In this document: piece by piece, positions 9,257 through 19,017 of the stretch
How positions within the stretch are numbered: position 1 is the first letter of the stretch
Layout: each line of letters opens with the position of its first letter
Assembly (NCBI GenBank): GCA_046537785.1
Contig: JBKHKD010000002.1
Coordinates: forward strand, 71,082-135,081
DNA from: Actinomycetota bacterium
Lineage (GTDB): Bacteria > Actinomycetota > Acidimicrobiia > Spongiisociales > ZC4RG35
Direction: 5' to 3'
Length of the DNA: 64,000 nt
Program-made: the position numbers and the translations under genes
The notes under the pieces: model-generated
What the model was told of the DNA's origin: nothing
Databases searched by the model: none
The model's input: only the letters and a program-made list of their open reading frames with translations

Positions 9257-10288
9257 TCAGGGAAGGAGGTCTGCCCAGGGAAGCCCTTCGGAGTCATCGA
9301 GGAGCCCGGCGAGTCCGGCGAGATCGTGAGGGGGGTTGGGATGCCACGGTACGGTGGCCACCCGGGCCCCGTAGCGGGCGGAGAATTCGTCGCGGGCGTC
9401 GGCCTGGCGGACGGTCTCGGCACTCCACTGCTGGACGACCCGGCCGAACTCCGTCGACAGACCCGGGTCCGGTTCCACTCCTGCCCACTCCTTGGGGAGG
9501 GCTCGGTTGAACACAACGGCAGCCGGGGTGGAAGCGAGATCAGGGAGTTGGCGAAAGAAGCGGACGGCCTCAGCGACCGGCGCCGGGTCGGCCGTGGTGA
9601 TCACCAGAGTGGCCGCGTCTCGCAATACTGTCTCGATCTCGCGTCCCCGGCGGGCAACACCGTCGTAGGTGGTGCGCAGGTCGAGCAGGAACTCCGATAC
9701 CCGCTGGAGCAGGTCGGAGCCGAGGACGGTGTCGGCCACCCGGAGCATCGGCCGGGCGGCGCGGTTGTAGAAAAAGCGGCGGCCGGGGAGTGGCCCACCG
9801 GTGATCCAGCGGAGGAGACGACCGCCGACGAGGTCGGCCATCTGTGCCGGAGCGGTGAAGAAGTCGATCCCTCCTCCGGATGGGGGTGTGTCGACCACTA
9901 CCAGGTCCCAGGCGCGCGCCTGGACGAAGGTGGCCGCCTGGTCGGCAGCGGCGTAGGACTGGGAGGCCGGGAAGTGCTCGGAGGCGGCCCGGAAGAACTC
10001 GTTGTCCGCCAGCCGGGTGGCGACCTCGGGGTCGGCATGACGCATGGCAACGGCGCGCCATGATGCCTGGGAGTCGAGCATCGCCGCCCACAGGTTCTCC
10101 TCGTGCTCGTGGGGCTGTGGTTCGTCGCCGAGGTCCTGGACTCCCAGGGCGGAAGCCAGTCGCCGGGCCGGATCGACGGTCACCACGAGAGTGCGCACGC
10201 CGGCTCGGGACGCCTTGACCCCGAGAGCGGCGGCGACTGTGGTCTTCCCCACACCGCCGGCTCCCGTCACGAGGATGGTCTGCGTCAC
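9257..10288 (-). CDS. ArsA/GET3-family anion-transporting ATPase homolog
   Basis: P-loop ILVTGAGGVGKTTVAAALG and an ArsA-like body. It overlaps the upstream paralog by 4 nt. Confidence 0.8.
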   Translation of the reverse strand: MTQTILVTGAGGVGKTTVAAALGVKASRAGVRTLVVTVDPARRLASALGVQDLGDEPQPHEHEENLWAAMLDSQASWRAVAMRHADPEVATRLADNEFFRAASEHFPASQSYAAADQAATFVQARAWDLVVVDTPPSGGGIDFFTAPAQMADLVGGRLLRWITGGPLPGRRFFYNRAARPMLRVADTVLGSDLLQRVSEFLLDLRTTYDGVARRGREIETVLRDAATLVITTADPAPVAEAVRFFRQLPDLASTPAAVVFNRALPKEWAGVEPDPGLSTEFGRVVQQWSAETVRQADARDEFSARYGARVATVPWHPNPPHDLAGLAGLLDDSEGLPWADLLP

Positions 10289-11130
10289 GTCAGAGCCTCC
10301 AGCTCGTCGCTGATGTGTGCGGCCACCTCCGCGGGGGTGAAGAGCCCGAAGAGGTAGGGGAGGGTGATGGCGGGCGGAAGCTCACGAAGCCACTTTTCCT
10401 GCTCGTCGTTCAGCGAGCGGTGGAGGGTCACCATGTCGCCCACCGGGCCATTCGGCGGGTCGCCGGGACCCACCTTCTCCAGGATCCGGTTGGCGACGAC
10501 GACGGGGTCGCCCACGACGCCGGTCTGTTTCACCCAGTCGATCGTCTCGGCAGTCTCGGTGGTGGGCAGCTCCTCGGCGAGAGTCACGAGCAACAGCTGG
10601 GTTATGTCCGGGTCGCCGAGTGTCTCCGCCATCCACTGCGACTGGCTGCGGATCCGTCCCGTTGTGACCAGTTCGGAGATCGAAGCTGGAGCTCGCAAGT
10701 AGGAGGCGATCTGGCCGGTCGGGGGAGCGTCGACCACGACGAGGTCCCAGCGGTCCTCCCGCACCTCCCAGAGGATCTTGCCGATGGTGACGATCTCGCG
10801 TACTGCGGGTGCGGCCGTCGCCAGGGCGTCGAAGGCACGCGCCATTGCCCCGAACCGGCCCATACCCGGAAGTCGGAGCTGAAGGGAGAGGTACTCCAGG
10901 AGAGCGTCGGAGCGGACGATCTGCATGGCGTGCAGCCCGGGCCGCACCTCGCGCGGTTCGAACTCGAGGGGTCCGGTCCCGAAGTGAGCGGAAAGACCGC
11001 CGCCGGACTCCATCTCCACGGCGAGGATGCGGAGGCCGTGACGTTGTCCCAGCAGGGCCAGGGCCGAGGCGACTGCCGACTTCCCCACGCCGCCCTTACC
11101 GGACACGATCGCCAGGCGCTTGTCGAGCAT
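10285..11130 (-). CDS. ArsA/GET3-family ATPase homolog, tandem paralog
   Basis: P-loop AIVSGKGGVGKSAVASALA and DAPPTGQ switch region; 281 aa. Confidence 0.8.
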   Translation of the reverse strand: MLDKRLAIVSGKGGVGKSAVASALALLGQRHGLRILAVEMESGGGLSAHFGTGPLEFEPREVRPGLHAMQIVRSDALLEYLSLQLRLPGMGRFGAMARAFDALATAAPAVREIVTIGKILWEVREDRWDLVVVDAPPTGQIASYLRAPASISELVTTGRIRSQSQWMAETLGDPDITQLLLVTLAEELPTTETAETIDWVKQTGVVGDPVVVANRILEKVGPGDPPNGPVGDMVTLHRSLNDEQEKWLRELPPAITLPYLFGLFTPAEVAAHISDELEALT

Positions 11131-11149
11131 CAGGAGCCCCGGCTTGTCG

Positions 11150-11368
11150 TCAGTTGTCGCCCTTGAGCGGAATCCTCAGCACCAGGTGGGCGTCGTCGAT
11201 CTCCCAGGATGCGCTGGCGACGAGAGCGAAGTCGGTGTAGTCGGTTTCCGCCTGATTTATGAACTTCTTCCGCTCCTCGCCGGCGACAGGAGGAAGCGGC
11301 CGATCCCGCACCGCCTCGGCGCGTTCTGCATAGCGTTTCAACATGGCATCTACATCGAATTGGGCCAT
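11150..11368 (-). CDS. Small conserved hypothetical protein, first gene of the ArsA-pair operon
   Basis: 72 aa, same strand and 20 bp upstream of the ArsA paralogs. No recognisable motif. Confidence 0.45.
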   Translation of the reverse strand: MAQFDVDAMLKRYAERAEAVRDRPLPPVAGEERKKFINQAETDYTDFALVASASWEIDDAHLVLRIPLKGDN

Positions 11369-11410
11369 GCCCGAACCCTAACCTCGTTCCGCGGGGATCC
11401 CCACGTTCCG

Positions 11411-11551
11411 GGTTGGAACCGCGTACCTCAGGTTGTATGGCTCACATATGAACCGAGAGCCTCGAGAACAACTCGAGGCTCTCGGTTCCATCTTTCTCGA
11501 GGCTGTGGGTTCCGGATATGAGTCACAGAACCTGAGGTACCGGGTTCCACC
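11411..11551. repeat. Composite imperfect palindrome of about 140 bp with a central perfect 17-bp stem and 5-nt loop hairpin
   Basis: 11450..11488 is gaaccgagagcctcgag-aacaa-ctcgaggctctcggttc. A third arm copy, ctcgaggctgtgggttcc, lies at 11497..11514. The outer arms ggttggaaccgcgtacctcaggttgt… and …acagaacctgaggtaccgggttccacc are imperfect inverted copies. Confidence 0.6.
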
Positions 11552-11622
11552 TGGTCGCGCGAGACCGGGAAAAGAAGGGATCGGTCTTACCGGGTGGTGT
11601 CGGGCCCCGGCGGTACGATGGC

Positions 11623-12420
11623 GTGGTGCGGCAATACCACGAGCTTCTCGAGAGGGTTCTGGACGAGGGAACCGAGAAGGGCGACCGGACGGGCACGGGG
11701 ACCCTGTCGGTGTTCGGGCACCAGATGCGGTTCGATCTGACCAAGGGTTTTCCCCTGGTGACCACCAAGAAGGTCCACCTGCGTTCCGTCATCGCCGAGC
11801 TGTTCTGGTTTCTCCGCGGCTCCACCAACGTCGGCTGGTTACAGGAGCGGGGTGTCAGCATCTGGGACGAGTGGGCAGACGACAATGGCGACCTTGGACC
11901 CATTTACGGCTATCAGTGGCGGTCGTGGCCGACTCCGAACGGCGACCACGTCGACCAGATCGAACGGGTGGTCAGCTCTATCAGAGAGAACCCGGACTCG
12001 AGACGGCACATCGTGAGTGCCTGGAACGTCGCCGATGTCGGTGAGATGGCCCTGCCTCCCTGTCACACCCTCTTCCAGTTCTATGTGGCAGACGGACGAC
12101 TGAGCTGCCAGCTCTACCAGCGGTCTGCGGACATCTTCCTCGGCGTTCCCTTCAACATCGCCTCCTACGCCCTCCTCACCCACATGGTGGCCCAGGTATG
12201 CGACCTGGAGGTCGGGGACTTCGTCCACACTCTCGGCGACGCCCACCTCTACCTCAACCATCTCGAGCAGGCCCGTCTTCAGATGGAGCGGGAGCCACGA
12301 GATCTCCCGACGCTCCGTCTCAATCCGGAACGCCGCGCCCTCGACGAGTTCGACATGGACGACGTCGAGGTGCTCGGCTACGACCCGCACCCGGCTATCC
12401 GGGCCCCGATCGCGGTCTAG
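11623..12420 (+). CDS. thyA: Thymidylate synthase
   Basis: Motifs [19 protein letters not shown] and LPFNIASY; 265 aa. Confidence 0.95.
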   Translation: MVRQYHELLERVLDEGTEKGDRTGTGTLSVFGHQMRFDLTKGFPLVTTKKVHLRSVIAELFWFLRGSTNVGWLQERGVSIWDEWADDNGDLGPIYGYQWRSWPTPNGDHVDQIERVVSSIRENPDSRRHIVSAWNVADVGEMALPPCHTLFQFYVADGRLSCQLYQRSADIFLGVPFNIASYALLTHMVAQVCDLEVGDFVHTLGDAHLYLNHLEQARLQMEREPRDLPTLRLNPERRALDEFDMDDVEVLGYDPHPAIRAPIAV

Positions 12421-12443
12421 TGGGTTACTAAACCAGGTCACGG

Positions 12444-12911
12444 ATGCGGACCGTGATCGTGGCCGCCGTCGGAAGCAACGGCGTCATCGGCATCGATGAC
12501 CGTCTTCCGTGGAGCATCCCCGAAGACCTCGCCCGGTTCAAACGGATCACCATGGGAGGGGCCCTCGTGATGGGCAGGGCCACCTTCGAATCGATCGGGC
12601 GCCCACTTCCCGGCCGGACCAACATCGTCTTGACGCGCAATGAGGCGTGGAGTCACGAGGGGGTGGAAGTGGCCGGTTCTTTGGATGCGGCCCTAGAGAT
12701 CGCACGAGCCCGCGGCCAGGACGCATTCGTGATCGGCGGGGCGGAGGTCTACCAGACTGCCCTGGACGTTGCCGACATCCTGGAACTCACCGAGGTCGAC
12801 GCCGCTCCGGAGGGCGACACCTGGTTCCCGGCTGTCGACTGGTCGGAATGGCGGGAGACCGCACGAGAGTCACGCGAAGGGTTCAGCTTCGTCACCTACG
12901 AGAGGGCATGA
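12444..12911 (+). CDS. folA: Dihydrofolate reductase
   Basis: IGIDDRLPW, GRATFESIG and VIGGAEVY; 155 aa, immediately after thyA. Confidence 0.9.
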   Translation: MRTVIVAAVGSNGVIGIDDRLPWSIPEDLARFKRITMGGALVMGRATFESIGRPLPGRTNIVLTRNEAWSHEGVEVAGSLDAALEIARARGQDAFVIGGAEVYQTALDVADILELTEVDAAPEGDTWFPAVDWSEWRETARESREGFSFVTYERA

Positions 12912-12938
12912 CCTCGAATCGGAGCTGATTGCTCGGGA

Positions 12939-13250
12939 TTGAGCGCATGTGCTGTTTATCTAAAGGATGTTGTGGCCAAGTTTCTTGTCAGACTCGGAGT
13001 GTTCATCCTGGTGCTGGTGGCCGTCGGTATCGGTGTCGTTCCCATCCTCATCCTCATCGACCTGCTCGACGGGGGCACCGGCTACGGGCTGTGCCCCAAC
13101 GGTCTCGAAGCCTGCGACAAGCCGTACTCGACCGGGGCAGAGATGATCATCATTCTCGGCCTCGGGCTGTTCCTCACCGTTGTCGGTATCCGCCTTCTGA
13201 TACGACTCGCCCGGCGTTTGGACGACGACACCTACCAGGTGAGTCAGTGA
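12939..13250 (+). CDS. Small hydrophobic membrane protein (hypothetical)
   Basis: Two predicted TM helices. The TTG start is uncertain; an in-frame GTG near 12972 is an alternative. Confidence 0.35.
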   Translation: MSACAVYLKDVVAKFLVRLGVFILVLVAVGIGVVPILILIDLLDGGTGYGLCPNGLEACDKPYSTGAEMIIILGLGLFLTVVGIRLLIRLARRLDDDTYQVSQ

Positions 13251-14131
13251 GCGGGAGTCACGGCCTCGGCCTCGCGTGACGCCTCGTCGCGCTGACGGGT
13301 GACTACCACGTAGATGGCGACGACGACCAGCCCGGCTCCGATCCATCCCTGGGTGCCGAGCCTCTCTCCGAGGACCACCCATGCTGTGGCGACACCGAAC
13401 ACCGGCTCGCTGGATAGGACGATGGCGGCGGTGCCGGCACCCACCACGGTCTGTGACCAGATCTGGAGCAGGTAGGCGCCGACAGTCACACCGAGTGCGG
13501 TGAGGGCTATCGCCGGCCACACCGAGCGGTCGGGAATCCCGGGACCCGATTCGAACAGCGCGGACAGTGCTATCGACAGGACGGCAGTGATCGCAAGCTG
13601 AACGGTCGTGAACGGCACCACGGGATGACGGTGGGCGAAGCGGGCCAGGGTGACGATGTGGGTGGCGAAACCGAACGCACACCCGACGGTGAGGAGGTCG
13701 CCGAGCTCGAGACTCAGGCTGTCGACCCCGGTGACGAGGATCAATCCGCCGAAAGCGACGGCAGCGCCTGTCACTACCCACGGACTGGGCGCTCGCCGGG
13801 CCAGGAGCGCGGCGAGAAACGGGGTGATCACCACGTAGAGGCCGGTGATGAGCGCAGAGTTGGCCGCGGTCGTGAACTCGAGGCCGATCGTCTGTAACGC
13901 GTAGCCGCTGAACAAGGCGACGCCGGCCAGAGTCCCGTCGAGCCACAGGCTCTTCCCCTTGGGAATGGCCAGGGTCGCCAGGACGACGGCTCCGATGGCG
14001 AAGCGCCAGGCCACGAAGCTCAGCGGCTCGATGGAGTCGAGAGCGGATTTGACCACCACGAAAGTGGCCCCGAACAGGAACGCGGCGCCGGTCAGGGCAA
14101 GGACTGCCCGGCTCTGTCTGGAAGCAAACAC
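13244..14131 (-). CDS. DMT-superfamily (EamA-like) transporter
   Basis: Ten TM segments with two EamA-like halves. I placed the start at a GTG (14131) to avoid overlap with nth; the track ORF extends to 14230. Confidence 0.65.
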   Translation of the reverse strand: MFASRQSRAVLALTGAAFLFGATFVVVKSALDSIEPLSFVAWRFAIGAVVLATLAIPKGKSLWLDGTLAGVALFSGYALQTIGLEFTTAANSALITGLYVVITPFLAALLARRAPSPWVVTGAAVAFGGLILVTGVDSLSLELGDLLTVGCAFGFATHIVTLARFAHRHPVVPFTTVQLAITAVLSIALSALFESGPGIPDRSVWPAIALTALGVTVGAYLLQIWSQTVVGAGTAAIVLSSEPVFGVATAWVVLGERLGTQGWIGAGLVVVAIYVVVTRQRDEASREAEAVTPAH

Positions 14132-14159
14132 CGGCGGCAGCGTATATACCCTGCCCCGG

Positions 14160-14852
14160 ATGCCAGGGACAAGAGCCGACGGATCCACTCCCACTGCGGC
14201 CGAACGGGGCAAGGCGCGCGCCGTCCTCAACCGTCTCGAGAAGAGATATCCCAGGATGGGGACCGCTCTCGACTACGAGAACCCCTGGCAGCTGTTGGTC
14301 GTGACCGTCCTGTCTGCACAGACGACCGACGAGAACGTGAACAAAGTCGCTCCTGGTCTCTTCGCCCGCTACCCGACGCCCTCCGACCTGGCCGAGGCCA
14401 ACCCCGAGGACGTCGAGAAGCTCATTTTCTCTACCGGTTTCTATCGGCAGAAGACGAAATCGATCATCAGCCTCTCCCGGGATCTCGAGGACCTCTACGA
14501 CGGCGAGGTGCCCACCGACATCGACGACCTGGTGAAGCTCCGTGGCGTGGGGCGGAAGACGGCCTCGGTCGTCCTCGCCGAAGTGTGGGACGTGCCCGCG
14601 ATCGCGGTCGACACCCATGTGAAGCGGGTGGCGGGACGTCTAGGTCTGACCACCGAGACCGACCCCGTGAAGATCGAGACCGACCTCAAGGCGCTGTATC
14701 CCGCCGACGCCTGGTCGGGCCTGTCGATGCGGTTCATCCAGTTCGGTCGTGACGTCTGCGATGCCCGCCGGCCCGACTGTGGCGCATGCGAGCTGTTCAA
14801 TCTCTGCGAGTGGCCGCAGCGGTTTGAGATGGCCGCCAAGAAGACCCGGTGA
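14160..14852 (+). CDS. nth: Endonuclease III
   Basis: HhH-GPD core LVKLRGVGRKTASVVL and a C-terminal 4Fe-4S cluster motif C-x6-C-x2-C-x5-C (CDARRPDCGACELFNLC). Start at internal ATG 14160; the upstream part of ORF 13959 overlaps the transporter. Confidence 0.85.
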   Translation: MPGTRADGSTPTAAERGKARAVLNRLEKRYPRMGTALDYENPWQLLVVTVLSAQTTDENVNKVAPGLFARYPTPSDLAEANPEDVEKLIFSTGFYRQKTKSIISLSRDLEDLYDGEVPTDIDDLVKLRGVGRKTASVVLAEVWDVPAIAVDTHVKRVAGRLGLTTETDPVKIETDLKALYPADAWSGLSMRFIQFGRDVCDARRPDCGACELFNLCEWPQRFEMAAKKTR

Positions 14853-16156
14853 AGTCGCGGTTCCGTCCCACCGACCGGGAGATACTCGGTCTGGCCATAC
14901 CGGCACTGGGCGCCCTTGCCATAGATCCCCTCCTCACCCTGGCGGATACTGCGTTCGTGGCGCGGCTCGGCACCGTGGAACTGGCAGCCCTCGGTGTGGA
15001 CACAGCGATCTTCGGCTTCGCCTTCTTTGCCTTCAACTTCCTCGCTTATGTGGTCACCCCGCTGGTGGCCAGGGCAATCGGGGGTGGCCGGCCGGAGGAG
15101 GCGAGGCGCTGGGTGGGCGACGCCCTGTTTCTCGCTTTGACGCTGGGTGTGACGGTTGCCGTCGTCCTCGAGGTGGCGGCTCCGTTCTTCGTCGATCTGA
15201 TGGGCGCGGGCCCCGACATTGCGGGCCCGGCGGTCGACTATCTGCGCATCAGGGCATTGGCCGCGCCCGCAGTACTCATCGTCACCACGGGACACGGAGC
15301 CTTCCGCGGCCACAAGGACACCCGCACTCCGCTCAGAGTGGCCTTCGGGGTGAACCTGTTGAACCTGGTCCTTGACCCGTTGCTGATCTTCGGGCTCGGC
15401 TGGGGTCTCGAGGGGGCGGCGGTGGCAACCGTGGTCGCCCAGTATTTCGGAGCGGCGTGGTTCCTTCGGCTGATGATGAAGCGGAACATGGCTGCCCGGC
15501 CCCGGGGGCTCACCGAGAGCCTGCCGTCCCTGCTCGACCTGGGGCGAAACGGGGTGCTGCTGACGACACGCACCGGTCTTCTGTTGGCGACGCTCACCAT
15601 CGCCGCCGCCGTGGCTACCAGGCTCGGCCCGGCCGAGATCGCTGCCCACCAACTGGTGGCCCAGGTGTTCCTCCTGTCGGCGTTACTGGCCGACTCGTTC
15701 GCCATCGCCGCCCAGGCCATGGTCGGCGACACCGCCGGCCGCGGCGACATCCTCGAGCTTCATTCACTCAACCGCCGTCTGGTCGGTTGGGGTGTTGTCG
15801 CCGGGTTGATCCTCATGGTCGGTGTCGGACTGGGCAGGTTCGGGTTGGAGTATCTCGCCAGAGAAGAGGTGGTGGGCGCCCTCGCCGTGGATGCCGCCGG
15901 TGTCGTGGCTCTGGCCGAGCCCATCGCTGCGGTCATGTTCGTGGGCGACGGCATCTTTCTCGGTCTGCTCGCTCTGGGGACCATGGTGATCTCGACCGGG
16001 GCCGGGGGAGTTGCGGCCGTCGCCCTCATGCTGTTCACGCCGCTGGGTGACAGTGTCACCGGCATCTGGTGGGCGCTGGCGGTGATGCTCGTCGTGCGGG
16101 GAATCGTCCTCTTGGTGGGCTATCCGAGGTCGGCTCGCACCGCGGTGAGATCCTGA
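14849..16156 (+). CDS. MATE-family efflux transporter
   Basis: 435 aa with 12 TM segments and the MATE repeat pattern. ATGA overlap with the nth stop. Confidence 0.8.
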   Translation: MKSRFRPTDREILGLAIPALGALAIDPLLTLADTAFVARLGTVELAALGVDTAIFGFAFFAFNFLAYVVTPLVARAIGGGRPEEARRWVGDALFLALTLGVTVAVVLEVAAPFFVDLMGAGPDIAGPAVDYLRIRALAAPAVLIVTTGHGAFRGHKDTRTPLRVAFGVNLLNLVLDPLLIFGLGWGLEGAAVATVVAQYFGAAWFLRLMMKRNMAARPRGLTESLPSLLDLGRNGVLLTTRTGLLLATLTIAAAVATRLGPAEIAAHQLVAQVFLLSALLADSFAIAAQAMVGDTAGRGDILELHSLNRRLVGWGVVAGLILMVGVGLGRFGLEYLAREEVVGALAVDAAGVVALAEPIAAVMFVGDGIFLGLLALGTMVISTGAGGVAAVALMLFTPLGDSVTGIWWALAVMLVVRGIVLLVGYPRSARTAVRS

Positions 16157-17364
16157 CCTTTCGTCTCGTCGAGGGTGGCGGTGAGAAGCGCCGCGATCGC
16201 CACGCCGATCGATAGCAGGTAGACGGTGTTGGAGAGGCCGAAGGTGTCAATGGTGTAGATGCCCGAGATGAGCCCGAGGGCAGACCCGACGAGCCCCGAG
16301 TTGCTGGCCGCCGTGTTGGCACTGGAGCGGAGAGGCGTGGGAAACAACTCGGCGCGGTGCGACCCGCCGGAGGGGACGAAGGCGAAGGTGCCGAAGGCTG
16401 ACACCATGGCCGCCACCACGATCACCGGGATGGACGTCGACGAGTAGAGGGCAACCCCGCCCGCGATGGTGAGAAGAAGGCTGACGATCGAGGTCCGCTT
16501 CCGCCCCCACGAGTCCGAGAGGTGGCCGCCGACGAAGAATCCGACGGCTCCCATCGTGCCGCCGAGGAGAAGCACGACGACCGTGTCCCCCGTGCTCATT
16601 CCGACGTCCTGGATCAAACGTTCGGTGGAGAAGGCGGCACCCACTGCGCCATAGGCCGAGGCCAGCAGATTGATGACGATGACCGTCCAGAAACGCTTCG
16701 CCCATGGGCCCGTGGCTAGCTCCCTCCAGTGTCCCCCATCGGGGTCGTCCTCATAGACCCTGGTTTCGGGGACGAATTTCACCAGGAGAGGGAGGAGCAG
16801 GAATCCACCACCCACCAGGAGATGGGGGATGCGCCACGCCTGAGGTCCGCCGTCGGCCAGGGGCAGCACCATTAGGGCAATGCCGCTGCCCAGCGAGACG
16901 GCGGCGCCGAAGAACGAGATCGCATAGGCGCGGATCTTTGGGCTCACCGACTCGGCCAGGATCACCACGCCCAATGCCGACGCCGCAGCAGTACCCGTTC
17001 TGAGGAGCGCATGGAGAAGACCGAACTGCCAGGCCTCCACTACCAGCCCCGCGAAGGAGCCGCCGATCACCACGAGGGTCATGGCGATGAGAAACGGGCG
17101 TCGCCGCCCCCGGTGGTCGCCGAGCCAGCCGATGGGGAGAGCGGCGAATGCGGCGAGCCGGGCCAGGCCCAACATGAGGCTGATCTCGCCTTCGGTGAGC
17201 CCGAGACCCACCCTTGTGAACGGAAGGCTGGCGCTGGCCTGTGACTGGCCGAATCCCTGGATTACGCCTGCGACCCAGATTATGAGGACAATGCGCTTGT
17301 CGAAGGAGGTGAAGCGACCTACCGGCAGGATCGGGTCGAGGGCCCTTCGAAGGACAGATCGCAT
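16120..17364 (-). CDS. MFS transporter
   Basis: 414 aa with 12 TM segments and a GDHRGRRRP-type MFS loop motif. Confidence 0.8.
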   Translation of the reverse strand: MRSVLRRALDPILPVGRFTSFDKRIVLIIWVAGVIQGFGQSQASASLPFTRVGLGLTEGEISLMLGLARLAAFAALPIGWLGDHRGRRRPFLIAMTLVVIGGSFAGLVVEAWQFGLLHALLRTGTAAASALGVVILAESVSPKIRAYAISFFGAAVSLGSGIALMVLPLADGGPQAWRIPHLLVGGGFLLLPLLVKFVPETRVYEDDPDGGHWRELATGPWAKRFWTVIVINLLASAYGAVGAAFSTERLIQDVGMSTGDTVVVLLLGGTMGAVGFFVGGHLSDSWGRKRTSIVSLLLTIAGGVALYSSTSIPVIVVAAMVSAFGTFAFVPSGGSHRAELFPTPLRSSANTAASNSGLVGSALGLISGIYTIDTFGLSNTVYLLSIGVAIAALLTATLDETKGQDLTAVRADLG

Positions 17365-17426
17365 TTAGCGAGCGTAAACACGGCAACTAGGAAGATCGTG
17401 ACGACTTTGACTGTTGGTAGCCAGGA

Positions 17427-18197
17427 ATGTTCGAGAACGTCGCCGACGCAGCGCTGATAGTCCAACTGGTGGTCGCCTTCGGCGCCGGGGTGATCTCATT
17501 CGTGTCGCCGTGTGTGCTACCGCTGCTGCCCGGCTACCTGTCGATGATGTCGGGCTACTCGGCGACCCAGCTCGAAGAGGGTGTGGCTTCGCCGCGCCGC
17601 ATGCTCCGGGTGATCCTCCTCTTCATCCTCGGCTTCACGGTGGTGTTCGCCGCCCTCGGTGCGGGAGCCACTGCGGTCGGTGGCTTCCTCCGCTCCAACC
17701 TTCCCACCCTGACCCGGATAGCCGGTGTGCTGATCATCGTTTTCGGGGCGCTCATGGTGGCGATGGCGGTGTCGAATCGGGGCTTTCTTTCTACGCTCAA
17801 CCAGGAGCGCAAGGTGCATGTCCGCCCCTCCCGACTCGGCAAGTGGGCCCCGCCGGTGATGGGGTCGGCATTCGCCTTCGGCTGGACACCGTGTATCGGG
17901 CCCGTGTTGTCGGCCATCCTGTTGGCGGCGGCCACCAGGGAGACCCTCGGTGAGGGTGTCCTTCTTCTGGTGGTCTACTCCCTGGGGCTCGGCCTCCCCT
18001 TCCTCCTCGCCGGTTTGGGTCTGTTCAAGTTCTTCGGGAAGCTCAAGCCCTATCTACGGCCCATCAACATCGCCTCCGGCGTCCTCCTGTCTCTCTTCGG
18101 GGTCCTCATGGTGACCAACAACGTCGACACTCTCTCTCGCTGGTTCGTCAACGTCTTTGACTCCGTACCCTTCCTGAGAGAGCTCGCGAGGATCTGA
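17427..18197 (+). CDS. ccdA: Cytochrome c biogenesis protein CcdA (DsbD-family thiol-disulfide transporter)
   Basis: FVSPCVLPLLPGYL and a second Cys in WTPCIGP; 256 aa. Confidence 0.85.
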   Translation: MFENVADAALIVQLVVAFGAGVISFVSPCVLPLLPGYLSMMSGYSATQLEEGVASPRRMLRVILLFILGFTVVFAALGAGATAVGGFLRSNLPTLTRIAGVLIIVFGALMVAMAVSNRGFLSTLNQERKVHVRPSRLGKWAPPVMGSAFAFGWTPCIGPVLSAILLAAATRETLGEGVLLLVVYSLGLGLPFLLAGLGLFKFFGKLKPYLRPINIASGVLLSLFGVLMVTNNVDTLSRWFVNVFDSVPFLRELARI

Positions 18198-18198
18198 C

Positions 18199-18975
18199 AT
18201 GCCCTGGATCGCACCTGAACAACCCGACCTGGTCTGGTTCAGCGGGGCGGACGTCCTCCGTTTCCTCAACGACATCATCAGCCAGGAGCTGGGTGACATG
18301 TCCCCGGGGGAGACCCGTCGCTCGTTCCTCCTCGAACCACAGGGGAAGCTCCAGTTTCTCTTGTGGGTGATCCGGACCGAAGACCGCATCGGACTGGTCA
18401 CCGACCCCGGACGGGGCGACGACCTCGCCGGTGCCTTGAACCGTTACCGGATCAGGGTCGACGTCGACGTCACTCCCGAGGAGGAGGACCGGTGGGTCGT
18501 GGTGGGGGACTGCGACGGCTACGACATTTCCTGGCCGGGTGTCGAACGTCATCTCGTCATCGGCTCGAAACCCGACCTGGAGGAGGGTTCCGTCGAGGAC
18601 TACGAGAGGCTCCGGATACAAGCTGGCGAACCGCGATGGGGAGTAGATGTCGACGAGGGGACCATCCCCCACGCATCCGGGCTGGTTCCCGCCAGCGTGG
18701 ATTTCACAAAGGGATGCTTCCTCGGCCAGGAGCTCGTTGCCCGCATCGACAGCAGGGGTGGGAACACTCCCAAGAACCTGTTGCTGATCGAGACCGAAGG
18801 AGGGGTCAACCCCGGTGACCAAGTTGTCGCCGATGGCAAGGAGGTCGGTGAAGTGACTTCGGCTGCGGACGGGACCGGTCTGGCGATGATCAAGCGCTCC
18901 GTCTCGCCGGGAGACAGTGTCGAAGTGAACGGCACAGCGGCCGTTGTTAGAGAACTGCCAGCCAAAACAGGGTGA
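18199..18975 (+). CDS. YgfZ/GcvT-like folate-binding protein
   Basis: The conserved segment DFTKGCFLGQELVARIDSRGG matches the YgfZ signature KGCYxGQE. Confidence 0.7.
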   Translation: MPWIAPEQPDLVWFSGADVLRFLNDIISQELGDMSPGETRRSFLLEPQGKLQFLLWVIRTEDRIGLVTDPGRGDDLAGALNRYRIRVDVDVTPEEEDRWVVVGDCDGYDISWPGVERHLVIGSKPDLEEGSVEDYERLRIQAGEPRWGVDVDEGTIPHASGLVPASVDFTKGCFLGQELVARIDSRGGNTPKNLLLIETEGGVNPGDQVVADGKEVGEVTSAADGTGLAMIKRSVSPGDSVEVNGTAAVVRELPAKTG

Positions 18976-19017
18976 TTTCTCACCGGTTCTTAACAAGTGT
19001 GAGGCCAGACTGAGGAT

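Noticed and set aside
12960-14618. 552-aa minus-strand ORF spanning the DMT transporter and nth
   Set aside because: Arg/Pro-rich low-complexity translation in a different frame from two well-supported genes. It is an artefact.
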